A stretch of 64,000 nucleotides of DNA from a virus. Where the stretch lies: IMG/VR virus record IMGVR_UViG_3300011116_000834, positions 1 to 64,000 of that record, one strand, 5' to 3'. A program made the position numbers and the translations under genes. This document shows positions 34,484-45,831 of the stretch, in pieces; positions within the stretch are counted from its first letter, which is position 1; the number at the start of each line of letters is the position of its first letter. The notes beneath the pieces are model-generated. The model ran no database searches. It was not told where the DNA came from and saw only the letters and a program-made list of their open reading frames with translations.

Positions 34484-37400
34484 TGGCAAAAGAATTTGAA
34501 ACAATAACAAATATTAACAATGCCCAGCAGGGATCAACGACTCCCTCTGATGATGCTTTATCATCAAATGGCAATTTCATCAAATCAACTGAATCTAAGA
34601 TCATTGAACTCACTCTCACAAAAACTAATAGTTCTGGAGATGAGATAAAGTTTCAAATTCTTCCATGGGATGCCCAGGTATCGGTAACGAGTCCATTATC
34701 AAGTATAGGATTTAAAGAATCTTTGTTCAATGGATGTATATTTGGAAGTCTAATCGTATTTGATATACGAAATTGGACAGATGAATTTTTATTCAATGGA
34801 AATGAAAAGGTAAATATTAAATTCAAGATTGGAAAATCTGATAAAACCATAGACCTTTCATTTCACATATATGATGCCAAGGATATAACAGATGCTGCCA
34901 ACCAAATGGAAACGATGGCAGGAAATGAAAGAACTTCCATATGGGAACTTCATTTCATCAGTTCTGAATTATTTCTTCCAAACTACAATCAAACATTCCT
35001 AGAAGTCGATGAAGACTTTGTCGGAAAGATGGCAACAAAGGAAAATACTAAATCGCCCGATAAATCTCTCATTAATGAAATTTTTGATAGATTTGGATTT
35101 AAAACACATAAGATAGATCCATCAAATACTGGTGTCTGGTTAAAATATGATAATATATCATATCCCTGGATGAAGAGAAAAGGGCAAATGAGAATATCTC
35201 AATTGCTCAAGTATCTTGCAAATTATGCTCAAGCAGATTTCAATTATAGTCCTGATTTTTATTGCTGGGAAGATAGAAATGGTTGGAACTTTCGTTCAAT
35301 CAATAGCATCATAAATGAACAAAGTTCAGATGGCAAAATCAAACCAGTCGATGGATTTGCTATAACAATAGATGAAGCAAATCCCAATAGAATTCTCACA
35401 TTGCAAGTAATTACTGAATATAATATTCAGAATCTACTAGAAAATGGTGCATTGTTCTCAAACTATACAAGATATGAACCAAGTTATGATGATCCATATA
35501 TTGATTTCATATCTGCAAATGCAAATGGTGGATATACCGCCACCAATCAGTCTTACGACTACACCAAAGATGGTCCAGTAATAAAGAAAATTGATGATTA
35601 TCCATTAGTTTCCAAATTCTTCAAGACTAGTGCTTTAACTGCAAATAACACTCCAAAACCATCTGCAAGAATAGATGATGAAATTTACGGCAATTTTAAT
35701 TCTAATTTTTTAAACAGTCCAACTCAACAGGACTGGGACATCTATGCAAATACCAATAGTGGAGTATGGTCTAATAAATCCTGGCAACCACAATTTGATA
35801 TAACAAGTTCTGGATTTACTGATTTTAAGAAAATCTATACAAAAATTAGAAAACCATTGAAAGACAAGCGCAAGGAATATGCGCTGAAAAAAGATATAAA
35901 AAGAAAATGGGAAGTATATCGTTGCACTGTCTGCTGTCATGAAAATGGCGCACTTGGATCAACTGCTGATATTGCTTTACTTCAGAATCCTGGACCAGTG
36001 GATGGTTACACATATAATGCGCTTTATGGTCCTACTGGAATATATGCACAAACAGATAAAGAATATAAAGTAATTGCTGCTGGATCTTTTACAGATCTTC
36101 TCAATTATCAATCTGGAAATACTTTTTATGAACGAGGATTGACTTATTCGTATGATCTGACCAAAGCACCATACAATGAATCTCTTGGACAATTCTTCAA
36201 TATAACTGGTCCAGAAGCACCAGAAGCATATACGAAGTATGTGATAAAAAGAGCAACTCAGCAATATCAGATTATAATTGATAAATTAAATTCAAGAATT
36301 GCCGATCTTACCAATTTTACAACTCAGCGTGTTTTGTCTTATAAGCAAAATGCAGATGCTGTATTTGCTCAAGTGCAGATTACTAAAATTGGTGAACCCC
36401 AGAGAGATCTAAAGGCATCGACTACACGACCAGTAGATCTATTATTGGGAATATCAAATAGATTCATTGGTGATGCTATTCCAGGTGAAGTATTAACTGA
36501 TTGGCCAATCACTTCATACGAATTCGGAATGGTACCACATTCCAGACTTGAACCAAATCATGGTCTTGCTCAAGTGGTATTTGGTAGTAATCCAAATGCA
36601 TTGACTTCTCCTTCTATAACCTTTAGATCTGTAAATGGAACATATGCAACAAAAGCAACATGTGGTCCATCATCATATACTCGTTGGTGTGGATGTTGTG
36701 TAAATGGAACAAAGGTGTATACTCAAGTATGCATTCCATTTGAACCGCTGGATACTCTTACCGATAGAATCAATCAAGCAACAATCGATTGTAAAAATCA
36801 AGATTTCTGCAATTGTGCATTGACAGAATTTGTCGCAGATCCACCATCTGGACAATCATGTGAAATGTATGAATTGGTCGGTGGTGCCTGTTCTGCTGTT
36901 ATTGGGGATAATGGGTGCAGAACCAATCATGTTCCATGTTGTAGATCATCAAATAGTTTCTGTGGATGCCTACCACCTTCAGAATGCGCTGCTATAGGTG
37001 GATCTGAAATATCGAATATTTCAAATTGCTCTACATGTGGACCTGATGCTGGCGGTGGCGGTGGCGGTGGTGGTGGCGGTGGTGGAGGCATTCAAGGTCC
37101 ACCAGGACCCCCAGGACCCCCAGGTCCAACTGGTCCTACTGGTCCTACTGGACCCACTGGTCCAAGTTCTCTTCCAACTCCAGCAGATGTCAAGTATATC
37201 GATCCATGTTCATATAAGAATTGCTCCAATGATCCTGTTGTTCGTGGTTATATCAAGCATACTACAGCATCTGCTGGAGCAATCAGTCCAATCTATGGAT
37301 ATGCTGCATCTTATCTCTGGGATGATAATGAAGTCAGTGATTGGTCATTCTACGAATATGGTACTGATTCTGGATTAATTCCAGGAGTCGTTGATCCAGA

Positions 37401-40029
37401 TATCAAAGCAAAAACTCAATCATGTTTGAATCAATGCAATTGCTATAATACCACATGCTTGAGTTCTGTAGCACTGGAAGTTCTTAGAAGAACATGTGTT
37501 GCTGAAATTCAACTTCTAAAGGTTGAAGTTGAATTGATGACTTCACTGATGAATAAGATTGCGGATGAATATGAGACAAAATGGAAGAATTCATACTATG
37601 AATGGTATTCCAGAAATTCATTCTTCTTCTCAAAGAAACCAGGATCATCTATTTTTAAAAATGATTCCAAGGATACAGTACAGTCTCCATTATCATTGCA
37701 AAACATCAAATCAATCACCAGAAAGGAAGTTCGTGGAAGTAGATATGAACTTCTTGCCAGAAAGGTAGGATTGACTGGAGCAGAGGTTGGTCCGTGGATG
37801 TATGACATTTATTTTGGAGGATTAACTGCATCCACTGCTCATCCATATTACGATCAGCAATATGCAACAGATTCATACATTACTTCAAGAAAACCACATG
37901 CATGGTTTGGGTATCAAGATGCCGATGCAACGGATGATCCCACATTCTTTGATGATTCTGGATTTGCATATACTGGTCAACAATTGAATTCGACTCCCGA
38001 TTATAAGGGATCTGAATATGTTGAAAATGCTGTATTGCATATAGGCACAAATGATATTCAGGATATAAGCAATGCAAGTGGTATGAATAATTACGGATAT
38101 GCACAATCTGATCTATCCAAACAAGATGGGAATGCATCCATATCATCGGTAAATGATATTACTAAATTTAGAAATACCTTTAATTTCTTTGATACCAATG
38201 GTAAGAAACCACCAAATATAAAAAAGGAAGAAATATCCTCTTATGTTCGCATAGAGTTTTCAACTCCAATTGGGTTGGATAGAGCAAAGGATTTTCCAAA
38301 TGGATTTATTCGAGATGCTGGAGTGGAGTATTTCCTTCCATATCTGGTGAATCTAACAACTGGTCCGTTTGGAAGACAAGGCGTTAAGTACAACTGCGCT
38401 GTCATTGGAATGGATCCATATGGATTTGATGTTGCTGTTAAGAAAATCAAAGATGATCTTCCAACCAATAGAAAACTACAGGGCATAGACAAGGGCAACT
38501 ATTACAACTGGTGGAATCATGATACAGGTTCTGTCTTATCGAAGACGACCTATTTGACTTCCGATTACAATGGAATGGATCTATGGCCTGAAGCAGGATT
38601 CGAAACAGAATTCCCATATTATTCATATGATGCAAGTCAGGAAGATCTCCATGGTGGTGGATATGACATGGATTTCCATATGGGTGGTGGATATTACTTT
38701 GAGAATGAATCTCAGAATTGGATGGAATCTCTCTATCATTATGGCATGAGCAGCAACAAGCAATTTGATCCATTATATCGAACTTCGGTGGTTGGATCAT
38801 ATGTTCTACCCAATAGTTACAGAAAACTCAAACCACATCGTTCTTGGTGGTCATTGTTTATTCCTAGAAATCTTTTTATACCAATTCGTTTTGCAAATAT
38901 GTTTAAGACACCAAATACCAAGGCAAGAGATTTATTTGGTGGAAAGGCAATATTTACAATATCTCCCAATTATTGGAGAACTTGGTATGGAAGTGAATTC
39001 TCAAATTGGATAAATCTATCCAAATCGGCAGTGACTCCAATTCTAGATTCACTGGCACCAGATCTTAATTTCCTTGTCGATGATCATGATGAAGTTGCTG
39101 GAAATACTCAAAAGACTTACATCTCCGCACATACGGAAGATTCTGCCGTAACTGGTTATTTCCGTGATTCATTGATGCATTATCTTGCTGGAAACTATAT
39201 TCTTTATAGACCATCTCTTGTAGTCACAGACATATGGAAATACGATCTTAGTGGAGAAACTGAATATGGATTGGTAACTCCACCAGTTGATACTGAATAT
39301 GATTTCTTTGATCGTAATTTTGCATTACAGTTCACGGTATTTGGAAGAAGCAGTAGAACATGTGAAGATCTTGGACTTAAGTGTGCAAATCCAAATGCAA
39401 TAAAGAATGGACCAATTGCCTCGTCATCTAGTTGCAATCAAGCACCATATTGCAATTGTCCAGCAAAATCTGTAATGCCTAAGGAAGCAGAACCAACATA
39501 TCTTGAACTGTATAGATTGAAGAATGAAATTAATGAATGTTCATTGATTGAGCAGAATCTAGGCAAAGAGTACCTTGGATGTGAATACGCAGATCCTTCG
39601 TCATCTTGTAGTTGCAATTGTCCAGAGCAAGGAAGCAAGTTCAAGGATTATCTTAAATACAATAGAACTTATGCTACATTCTGGGATGTTTCTGAAAATC
39701 TACCCCTACGAAGAATTGCTGCAACGAATCAGTTGCAAGCACAGAAGATAAAAATTAAAATTGCACCAAATGATAAGATTGAAATTGGTTCAATAGTTGA
39801 GATCATAAGTCAAAACGATCTGCCATCTGAAACTGCAAATCAATACAAGAAAATATCGGGTAGATGGATGATCGTAGAGATTGAACATCTCATGGCAGGA
39901 ACCATTGGATATGTAATGACTGTTACTCTTGTAAGAAATAGTCTACATTATGATCCCAATTTACCCCAACAACCATTGGCAGTATTTGGTAAATTAGATG
40001 AAAAGAAAAATAACGATACTACGGGATAA
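34483..40029 (+). CDS. Giant baseplate hub (gp27-like) protein with Cys-rich, poly-Gly and collagen insertions
   Basis: N-term ESLFNGCIFG...GNEKVNI, FYCWEDRNGWNFRSI; C-term SGRWMIVEIEH...TLVRNS; position after gp53. Confidence 0.7.
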   Translation: MAKEFETITNINNAQQGSTTPSDDALSSNGNFIKSTESKIIELTLTKTNSSGDEIKFQILPWDAQVSVTSPLSSIGFKESLFNGCIFGSLIVFDIRNWTDEFLFNGNEKVNIKFKIGKSDKTIDLSFHIYDAKDITDAANQMETMAGNERTSIWELHFISSELFLPNYNQTFLEVDEDFVGKMATKENTKSPDKSLINEIFDRFGFKTHKIDPSNTGVWLKYDNISYPWMKRKGQMRISQLLKYLANYAQADFNYSPDFYCWEDRNGWNFRSINSIINEQSSDGKIKPVDGFAITIDEANPNRILTLQVITEYNIQNLLENGALFSNYTRYEPSYDDPYIDFISANANGGYTATNQSYDYTKDGPVIKKIDDYPLVSKFFKTSALTANNTPKPSARIDDEIYGNFNSNFLNSPTQQDWDIYANTNSGVWSNKSWQPQFDITSSGFTDFKKIYTKIRKPLKDKRKEYALKKDIKRKWEVYRCTVCCHENGALGSTADIALLQNPGPVDGYTYNALYGPTGIYAQTDKEYKVIAAGSFTDLLNYQSGNTFYERGLTYSYDLTKAPYNESLGQFFNITGPEAPEAYTKYVIKRATQQYQIIIDKLNSRIADLTNFTTQRVLSYKQNADAVFAQVQITKIGEPQRDLKASTTRPVDLLLGISNRFIGDAIPGEVLTDWPITSYEFGMVPHSRLEPNHGLAQVVFGSNPNALTSPSITFRSVNGTYATKATCGPSSYTRWCGCCVNGTKVYTQVCIPFEPLDTLTDRINQATIDCKNQDFCNCALTEFVADPPSGQSCEMYELVGGACSAVIGDNGCRTNHVPCCRSSNSFCGCLPPSECAAIGGSEISNISNCSTCGPDAGGGGGGGGGGGGGIQGPPGPPGPPGPTGPTGPTGPTGPSSLPTPADVKYIDPCSYKNCSNDPVVRGYIKHTTASAGAISPIYGYAASYLWDDNEVSDWSFYEYGTDSGLIPGVVDPDIKAKTQSCLNQCNCYNTTCLSSVALEVLRRTCVAEIQLLKVEVELMTSLMNKIADEYETKWKNSYYEWYSRNSFFFSKKPGSSIFKNDSKDTVQSPLSLQNIKSITRKEVRGSRYELLARKVGLTGAEVGPWMYDIYFGGLTASTAHPYYDQQYATDSYITSRKPHAWFGYQDADATDDPTFFDDSGFAYTGQQLNSTPDYKGSEYVENAVLHIGTNDIQDISNASGMNNYGYAQSDLSKQDGNASISSVNDITKFRNTFNFFDTNGKKPPNIKKEEISSYVRIEFSTPIGLDRAKDFPNGFIRDAGVEYFLPYLVNLTTGPFGRQGVKYNCAVIGMDPYGFDVAVKKIKDDLPTNRKLQGIDKGNYYNWWNHDTGSVLSKTTYLTSDYNGMDLWPEAGFETEFPYYSYDASQEDLHGGGYDMDFHMGGGYYFENESQNWMESLYHYGMSSNKQFDPLYRTSVVGSYVLPNSYRKLKPHRSWWSLFIPRNLFIPIRFANMFKTPNTKARDLFGGKAIFTISPNYWRTWYGSEFSNWINLSKSAVTPILDSLAPDLNFLVDDHDEVAGNTQKTYISAHTEDSAVTGYFRDSLMHYLAGNYILYRPSLVVTDIWKYDLSGETEYGLVTPPVDTEYDFFDRNFALQFTVFGRSSRTCEDLGLKCANPNAIKNGPIASSSSCNQAPYCNCPAKSVMPKEAEPTYLELYRLKNEINECSLIEQNLGKEYLGCEYADPSSSCSCNCPEQGSKFKDYLKYNRTYATFWDVSENLPLRRIAATNQLQAQKIKIKIAPNDKIEIGSIVEIISQNDLPSETANQYKKISGRWMIVEIEHLMAGTIGYVMTVTLVRNSLHYDPNLPQQPLAVFGKLDEKKNNDTTG

Positions 40030-40037
40030 ATACTAAT

Positions 40038-40433
40038 ATGCTAAAGAAACAAATCAGTTATATTGATATTCCATTCTTCATTAGCAAGAATTCATTTACA
40101 AATGATTTCAATGTCACCCGTGATTTGAATGCCATTCGTCAATCTTTGAAAAACATCATCTTAACAAATACTGGTGAGCGATCATTTGATTATAAATTTG
40201 GATGCAGCATCTATGATTTTCTTTTTGACAATTTTACAATGGATCTTGTTATTAAGGCGCAATCAACAATTGCTGGAAATATTCAAAGATATGAAGGCAA
40301 TAGAGTTGGAATAAACGATGTTCGTGTTCTTAATGTGCCTAAGGAAAATAAAATAAATATCGTAGTAGATTTTAATATTCCAGATGTGGGAATTTCAGAT
40401 ATCCTAACAGTTAGTATATTAAGGACAAGATAA
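40038..40433 (+). CDS. gp25: Baseplate wedge subunit gp25
   Basis: AIRQSLKNIILTNTGERSF...FGCSI..LFD...IQRYE. Confidence 0.92.
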   Translation: MLKKQISYIDIPFFISKNSFTNDFNVTRDLNAIRQSLKNIILTNTGERSFDYKFGCSIYDFLFDNFTMDLVIKAQSTIAGNIQRYEGNRVGINDVRVLNVPKENKINIVVDFNIPDVGISDILTVSILRTR

Positions 40434-42205
40434 TGGCAAATACACCAACAACATTGGGCAATCTAGAATTTTCCCAAATAAAAACAAGTCTAACTAATTA
40501 TTTAAAAGATCAGTCAGTTTTTAGTGGTTATAATTTTGAAGGTAGTGCCATGCAGACGATCATAGATCTGATGGCATATAATACATTCTATTATGCCTAC
40601 TATGCTAATATGATAAATGCAGAAGCATTTTTGGATAGTGCTCAAAAAGAAGATTCAATCATATCTCTTTGCAAGCCACTTGGGTATACTGTTCCATCAA
40701 AATCTTCTTCTATTTCAAATATAACCATTAGTGGCACTTCAGTCACTGGTATTACTAGTGGAACTCTGTTTCTAACAAAGAATGCAGATGGACTTCCATA
40801 TAACTTTTACAATATAGATTATATTCCCGTTACTGATGGAGTTAGCGATTCATTTCCAATATATGAAGCAACAACTTATGTCCAGTTTGAAGCAATTCCG
40901 ACATTCAATTATGAAAATCAGACAATTTCAATTGCTGCTGAAGATTTTGATCTTGACACATTAAAGGTGACTATTACTGAACAAGTTGATGAGACCACAA
41001 CTCTTACTTCCGATTGGGTCAAGTTGAATAACATTGGATACACTTCTCAGATAAATGAAAACATCTATTTTGTAGAGAGAACATCAACTGGATTCATTAT
41101 TAGATTTGGTTCTGAAAATTCAGTTGGACGAACAATCGATACCACCATCACAAGCATAATTATTCGATATCTAAAGACCAGTGGAACTGCTGGAAACGGA
41201 TTATCAATATTCACATGCCCAAGTCTTTCAAGTGCGGTGATCACCACAAATTCAACCTCAACTGGAGGCAAAGATAAACCAAATCTAGATACAATAAGAT
41301 TTGTAGCACCCAAATATTTTGCTTCACAAGAACGAGCAGTTACGGTAAATGACTACAAAGCATTGTTGATTGAAGCGGGATATTTTACAGATGAAAGCGA
41401 ATTCAATGTTTTTGGTGGTCAAGATCTGTCTCCAGCAAGATTTGGTAGAGTATTTGTCACCACAAACAATCCATTGAATGATTCACAAATTGATCAATTT
41501 ATAAATTTCTTGAAGGAACGAAGTATTATAACGATTCTTCCAGAATATGTAACATCAAATAATTTAAGTATAATGGTTGATGTTACATATTCTTTGGGTG
41601 CAAATACTCAAAATACTGGAACAAATAGATTAACCAGTATGCAGTTAATACGATCAATATTTAATCAAAATTATTCACAGACAAACAAATATAATGTAGC
41701 ATTCAGTTCTACTGATTTTGTGGATTATATCAAACAAACAGATAATTCAATTCTTCAAGGACTGAAGATACAACCAGATAATTTTAACATATATGTTTCG
41801 CAGACATTAGCATCCGATAATGAATACATCTTTAATATTGGAAATGAACTTTATCTTCCTTTAGCAACTCCTGTTGCAATAACAGAACCTTTCGATTCAG
41901 AAGTTGATGGAATCAATAGCAGCACTACAGGTAAAAAAGCAATTCTTAAGATGTACGCCACTAGTATGGCATCTAAGAATAATCAATTAAATTTGCAATT
42001 ATGGTCTGTTGATTCTTATGGAACTGAACTTCAAGTCGCTGGAACCTCATATGGATCATTCATAGCATATAAAGGTGTAATAAAAATTCCATCAGGTTTA
42101 ATCAGTACCACCGCATCTTTGATCGTCTCATTCAAGAGTAAGAGCGTAAATATAGGATTGAATAACTTAGTTAATCTTTCCATAAACAATATAACGATAA
42201 TCTAA
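40433..42205 (+). CDS. gp6: Baseplate wedge subunit gp6
   Basis: LEFSQIK..L..YL..Q..FSGYNFEGS, AP..FASQERAVT..DY. Confidence 0.95.
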   Translation: MANTPTTLGNLEFSQIKTSLTNYLKDQSVFSGYNFEGSAMQTIIDLMAYNTFYYAYYANMINAEAFLDSAQKEDSIISLCKPLGYTVPSKSSSISNITISGTSVTGITSGTLFLTKNADGLPYNFYNIDYIPVTDGVSDSFPIYEATTYVQFEAIPTFNYENQTISIAAEDFDLDTLKVTITEQVDETTTLTSDWVKLNNIGYTSQINENIYFVERTSTGFIIRFGSENSVGRTIDTTITSIIIRYLKTSGTAGNGLSIFTCPSLSSAVITTNSTSTGGKDKPNLDTIRFVAPKYFASQERAVTVNDYKALLIEAGYFTDESEFNVFGGQDLSPARFGRVFVTTNNPLNDSQIDQFINFLKERSIITILPEYVTSNNLSIMVDVTYSLGANTQNTGTNRLTSMQLIRSIFNQNYSQTNKYNVAFSSTDFVDYIKQTDNSILQGLKIQPDNFNIYVSQTLASDNEYIFNIGNELYLPLATPVAITEPFDSEVDGINSSTTGKKAILKMYATSMASKNNQLNLQLWSVDSYGTELQVAGTSYGSFIAYKGVIKIPSGLISTTASLIVSFKSKSVNIGLNNLVNLSINNITII

Positions 42206-43347
42206 TGTTATCCACAATATTAAACTCTCAGCAACCAACAGTAAGATCCAAACTTGCAGAACTTGCAAGTGTGATCGATGAATTGCAATTATTGGTATTT
42301 GATACAGGAACCTGTGGGGTTCAATACGATATAACTAATCAGATTCCTCTATGGGTCATATTTGAAAAACAAGATAGAGAAGCAGCAAATCAAGATGGAT
42401 TGTCCATCTTTGATTTTGTTCAGAAGTATTATGATTGGTTATATTGTGATAATACTACTGGTGCTGGGTATGAGTTGAGTTCAAATTTTTTAGATCTAAT
42501 TGATATCGAAAAAACAAGAACTACCTTTCTGGAAAGATTATCACAAACATATGTTGATGGGTTTGATCTGAAGGGTCTTGAACACAATGGTGGACTTATA
42601 ACTGCCGACAATCTGACCAAGTTCATGAAAGGCGTGCGAAGAACATTCTATCATAAAAAAACCACTGAAGATGGAATTCGATATTTTTTCAAGACTTTAT
42701 TTGGAATAGATGAAGAAGATGTGAAAATACAAGTTCCAAAGAAAATAATATTAAGACTCAATGGTGGTAGATTCTATGATGAGAATTTTAAATTCTCTGG
42801 AAGAACTGGTTCATATGATCTTATTGGAACTCTCAGTGGAAGTTATCTAAATGGTTCAAGAATACAGGATGGCAATTGGATTCAGGATTGGTCATATCTT
42901 CTAAGTGTCGGTATACTTGCCAACGAATATAAAAATTCATATCTAAATATTGCTCATCCAGCAGGCATGAAAGTCGTCTTCGAGAAGACTCTTGCAGATT
43001 ATCAAGGTCCAACATTTGATGAAACCATACCATTTGTATGCGAATTGCCACGCTTGGGCAATTATGCTCCATATGGAATTTCCTATGACTATAAAGGACG
43101 CACTGCTGGAATCTATGGACCTGCTGGATCTTGGTCTGGATCGGGAATAACATTTGTAGGAATTACAGCAAATACAGGATGCTGTGCAACCCTCTATAAT
43201 GGATTCACAGGACCAAGTTACTTATTTCCAAACTGGACTGATCAGCATGATGTTTATAATTTTAAAGATCTATATATTGGTACAATGTTGGAATTATGTT
43301 ATCCATCCGATATAGGATCACCCAATGCTGGTGCTGCATGTTCATAA
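42205..43347 (+). CDS. gp7: Baseplate wedge protein gp7-like (short)
   Basis: FVQKYYDWL, FYHKKTTEDGIRYFFKTLFG, IQD...QDWSY...AHPAGMKVVF. Confidence 0.75.
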   Translation: MLSTILNSQQPTVRSKLAELASVIDELQLLVFDTGTCGVQYDITNQIPLWVIFEKQDREAANQDGLSIFDFVQKYYDWLYCDNTTGAGYELSSNFLDLIDIEKTRTTFLERLSQTYVDGFDLKGLEHNGGLITADNLTKFMKGVRRTFYHKKTTEDGIRYFFKTLFGIDEEDVKIQVPKKIILRLNGGRFYDENFKFSGRTGSYDLIGTLSGSYLNGSRIQDGNWIQDWSYLLSVGILANEYKNSYLNIAHPAGMKVVFEKTLADYQGPTFDETIPFVCELPRLGNYAPYGISYDYKGRTAGIYGPAGSWSGSGITFVGITANTGCCATLYNGFTGPSYLFPNWTDQHDVYNFKDLYIGTMLELCYPSDIGSPNAGAACS

Positions 43348-43358
43348 AGCGATAAAAG

Positions 43359-45107
43359 ATGAGTACAAAAAGTCAAAATACTAAAAACTTCATAAATCAA
43401 ACAGGTGTTCAAAAACAACTGTTTGTCTTTGTAGGATCCGATACCACAAATAGCACCTCAAATTCAACTCAAACAGCAATTGATATATGGAACCATTCAG
43501 ATTTTGCTTTGCGAGTTGGACAAAATAGTGTTTCGGCAGTTGTTCCAAATTACAAATGGATTGCTAAAAGAGCATATACTCCATGGTCTTCGGAAAATTC
43601 AAACACTGGCAATTTTTACGCATATAATGATCAAAATGGATATGTCTATGTCTGCATATCTGATAATGCCAGTAATATTGTCACAACTTATAAAAATATC
43701 TCCAACATCAGACCTACGCATATTTCTGGAATTGAAACATATTCAGATGGATATTCCTGGTTGTGTTTATATAAGATTACTCCATCTTACGAGAGATTCA
43801 TAACATCAAAATGGATTCCTGTATTTTCATTTGATACATTTGATGCCACGGAACAGCAAACTCAATTGCAACAAACTCAAACATTTTGCGATTCTTCTAC
43901 TGGAGAAATTGGAAAATGTGCGATCTATGCAAAACTTGCTTTAAGCACAGATGATGATGCTGGAACAATTGAATATCAATCTGGAGCATTGTTTACTATT
44001 GCAGAAAACATAACATGCAGTGATTGTTACTATTTGATGTATAACAATGATAAATTTACATCAGTATTCTATTCCATCTCCGATACTATACCATCAACCA
44101 TGGTTGTAAAGGATGCATATGAGCAAGTGGGAGATCTTATACTTGAAAATCAATTATCAAGCGCATCTCCATATTATTATCTGTATAACATCAATGAAAA
44201 TTCAAATCTAAATGATGGATGTATACTTTCTGCATTTCTAGATCTTAGATCATTCACAAATGATCAATTAATCGTCAATCAAGAAAATCCAGAATTTACA
44301 ATTTCTAGCAATACTGGTTCTGATGGCAGAATTAGATTACTTACAAATATAATTCAAGATTCATATGTTATAACTGGAATTGAAGTCATTTCTAGGGGAT
44401 CCAATTATAAAGAAATCATTCTTGATATGAATGATTCAATTTTCAATGGTATAAGTGCCTCCACATTGATTGATAAAATCAATGTCAATTTGGATAAAAT
44501 CGATCATATCGGAATAGATCCAGTTTCTGTTCTAGGTGCTGAACATGCGATGATTGATGCTAGAATAGAAAAGAAAACATTAACAGATGCGGGAATAGGA
44601 ATTCCTCAAGTTGTAAATTTCTTTGGTCTTATTGAAAATCCTATCGGAATATCTGGATCGATTGAAGTTATTTCGGGAAGTGATTTTAATAAAAAAGTAG
44701 ATATATTATATCGAACTACTATAAAGGCAGGAATTTCAGTTTTGGGATCAAGTAGTATTTTGCCAATTACTGATGAAGTATATGATACAACAACACCAAA
44801 AGGAGAACCAATTAGCGATTTGACTATAGGTGGAATTGATAATATCATCAGTGGTGTTACTTCTAGTTGTGTGGCAGAAATTAAAAATGTCCCATATCAA
44901 AATGCAACAGATTTAATCGATTCTGTATTGGTTGGTCCTATTGGAGGATTTCCAAAAACAGGTTCAACTATAGACACAATAGAAGAAATTCCAACATTTG
45001 TTCAATATACTGGAAGTATATTATCGACTACTAAGTTGACATCAGATCTTCCAATATCTGATGTAGATTCTATAATTATTCGTATAAATATGGTTAGAGG
45101 AATGTAA
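43359..45107 (+). CDS. gp8: Baseplate wedge protein gp8
   Basis: VYVCISDN...PTH......DGYSWLCLYKI...FITSKWIPV. Confidence 0.85.
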   Translation: MSTKSQNTKNFINQTGVQKQLFVFVGSDTTNSTSNSTQTAIDIWNHSDFALRVGQNSVSAVVPNYKWIAKRAYTPWSSENSNTGNFYAYNDQNGYVYVCISDNASNIVTTYKNISNIRPTHISGIETYSDGYSWLCLYKITPSYERFITSKWIPVFSFDTFDATEQQTQLQQTQTFCDSSTGEIGKCAIYAKLALSTDDDAGTIEYQSGALFTIAENITCSDCYYLMYNNDKFTSVFYSISDTIPSTMVVKDAYEQVGDLILENQLSSASPYYYLYNINENSNLNDGCILSAFLDLRSFTNDQLIVNQENPEFTISSNTGSDGRIRLLTNIIQDSYVITGIEVISRGSNYKEIILDMNDSIFNGISASTLIDKINVNLDKIDHIGIDPVSVLGAEHAMIDARIEKKTLTDAGIGIPQVVNFFGLIENPIGISGSIEVISGSDFNKKVDILYRTTIKAGISVLGSSSILPITDEVYDTTTPKGEPISDLTIGGIDNIISGVTSSCVAEIKNVPYQNATDLIDSVLVGPIGGFPKTGSTIDTIEEIPTFVQYTGSILSTTKLTSDLPISDVDSIIIRINMVRGM

Positions 45108-45814
45108 TGAAAGCACCATTTGGAACACTACCGCTATCTGAAGCACCATTTTTAAGTAGAATATCTACTCAATATGATAATGGAAAAAACTATTATTTAA
45201 CAGGATTCAATCCTGGATATGCATTGCAGGCATCAGAATTGAATGAACTTCAAGAATCTTTTTTCTTAAATTCTAGTCTTATGCATAGATCTCATGCTTC
45301 TTGGGTGAATCAGGGATATAACATTCCAGTATGGGATGGATGTGTTCCATTTGATCCTACCAGCATTATTGTTACAGTAAATAGTGTTGGTGCTTCTACT
45401 GCTAATTTTACAGTTACAATTCCAAATGGATGGTTTCTATGGACAGAAAAAACTTCAGGATTGAATTTTTGGGTCTATAATAATCTCACAGATACGGAAT
45501 TTTCCTTTACAACTACATCTGGAATAGGTTCCACCGAATATGTGGGATTTATGATTTCAAATGATACCATCAATTGCTGTCAGGCAGGCAATTGCTTGGA
45601 AAATCAAGATGCTACTTTACGAGACAATTCATCAGGATTGACTGATACTTATTATACATGTGGTGCTTCTCGTAAGAAAGCAACCTTTGATGATGCTGTA
45701 ATACTCACAAGCACTACAGCATCTGATTTTTATCCATTGCTAAAGATAACAATAGACACGATATCCAGTGCGAGTTTTGCATTCATTGATGATCAATCCA
45801 TAACTGTAGGATAA
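45107..45814 (+). CDS. VrlC/DUF4815-like N-terminal domain structural protein
   Basis: FNPGYALQASELNELQ motif; follows gp8. Confidence 0.65.
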   Translation: MKAPFGTLPLSEAPFLSRISTQYDNGKNYYLTGFNPGYALQASELNELQESFFLNSSLMHRSHASWVNQGYNIPVWDGCVPFDPTSIIVTVNSVGASTANFTVTIPNGWFLWTEKTSGLNFWVYNNLTDTEFSFTTTSGIGSTEYVGFMISNDTINCCQAGNCLENQDATLRDNSSGLTDTYYTCGASRKKATFDDAVILTSTTASDFYPLLKITIDTISSASFAFIDDQSITVG

Positions 45815-45831
45815 CATAGTAGGAAATTGAA

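Noticed and set aside
37051-37164. Poly-Gly/collagen and Cys-rich tracts as eukaryotic contamination
   Set aside because: They are in frame within phage baseplate and fibre genes in conserved T4 gene order.
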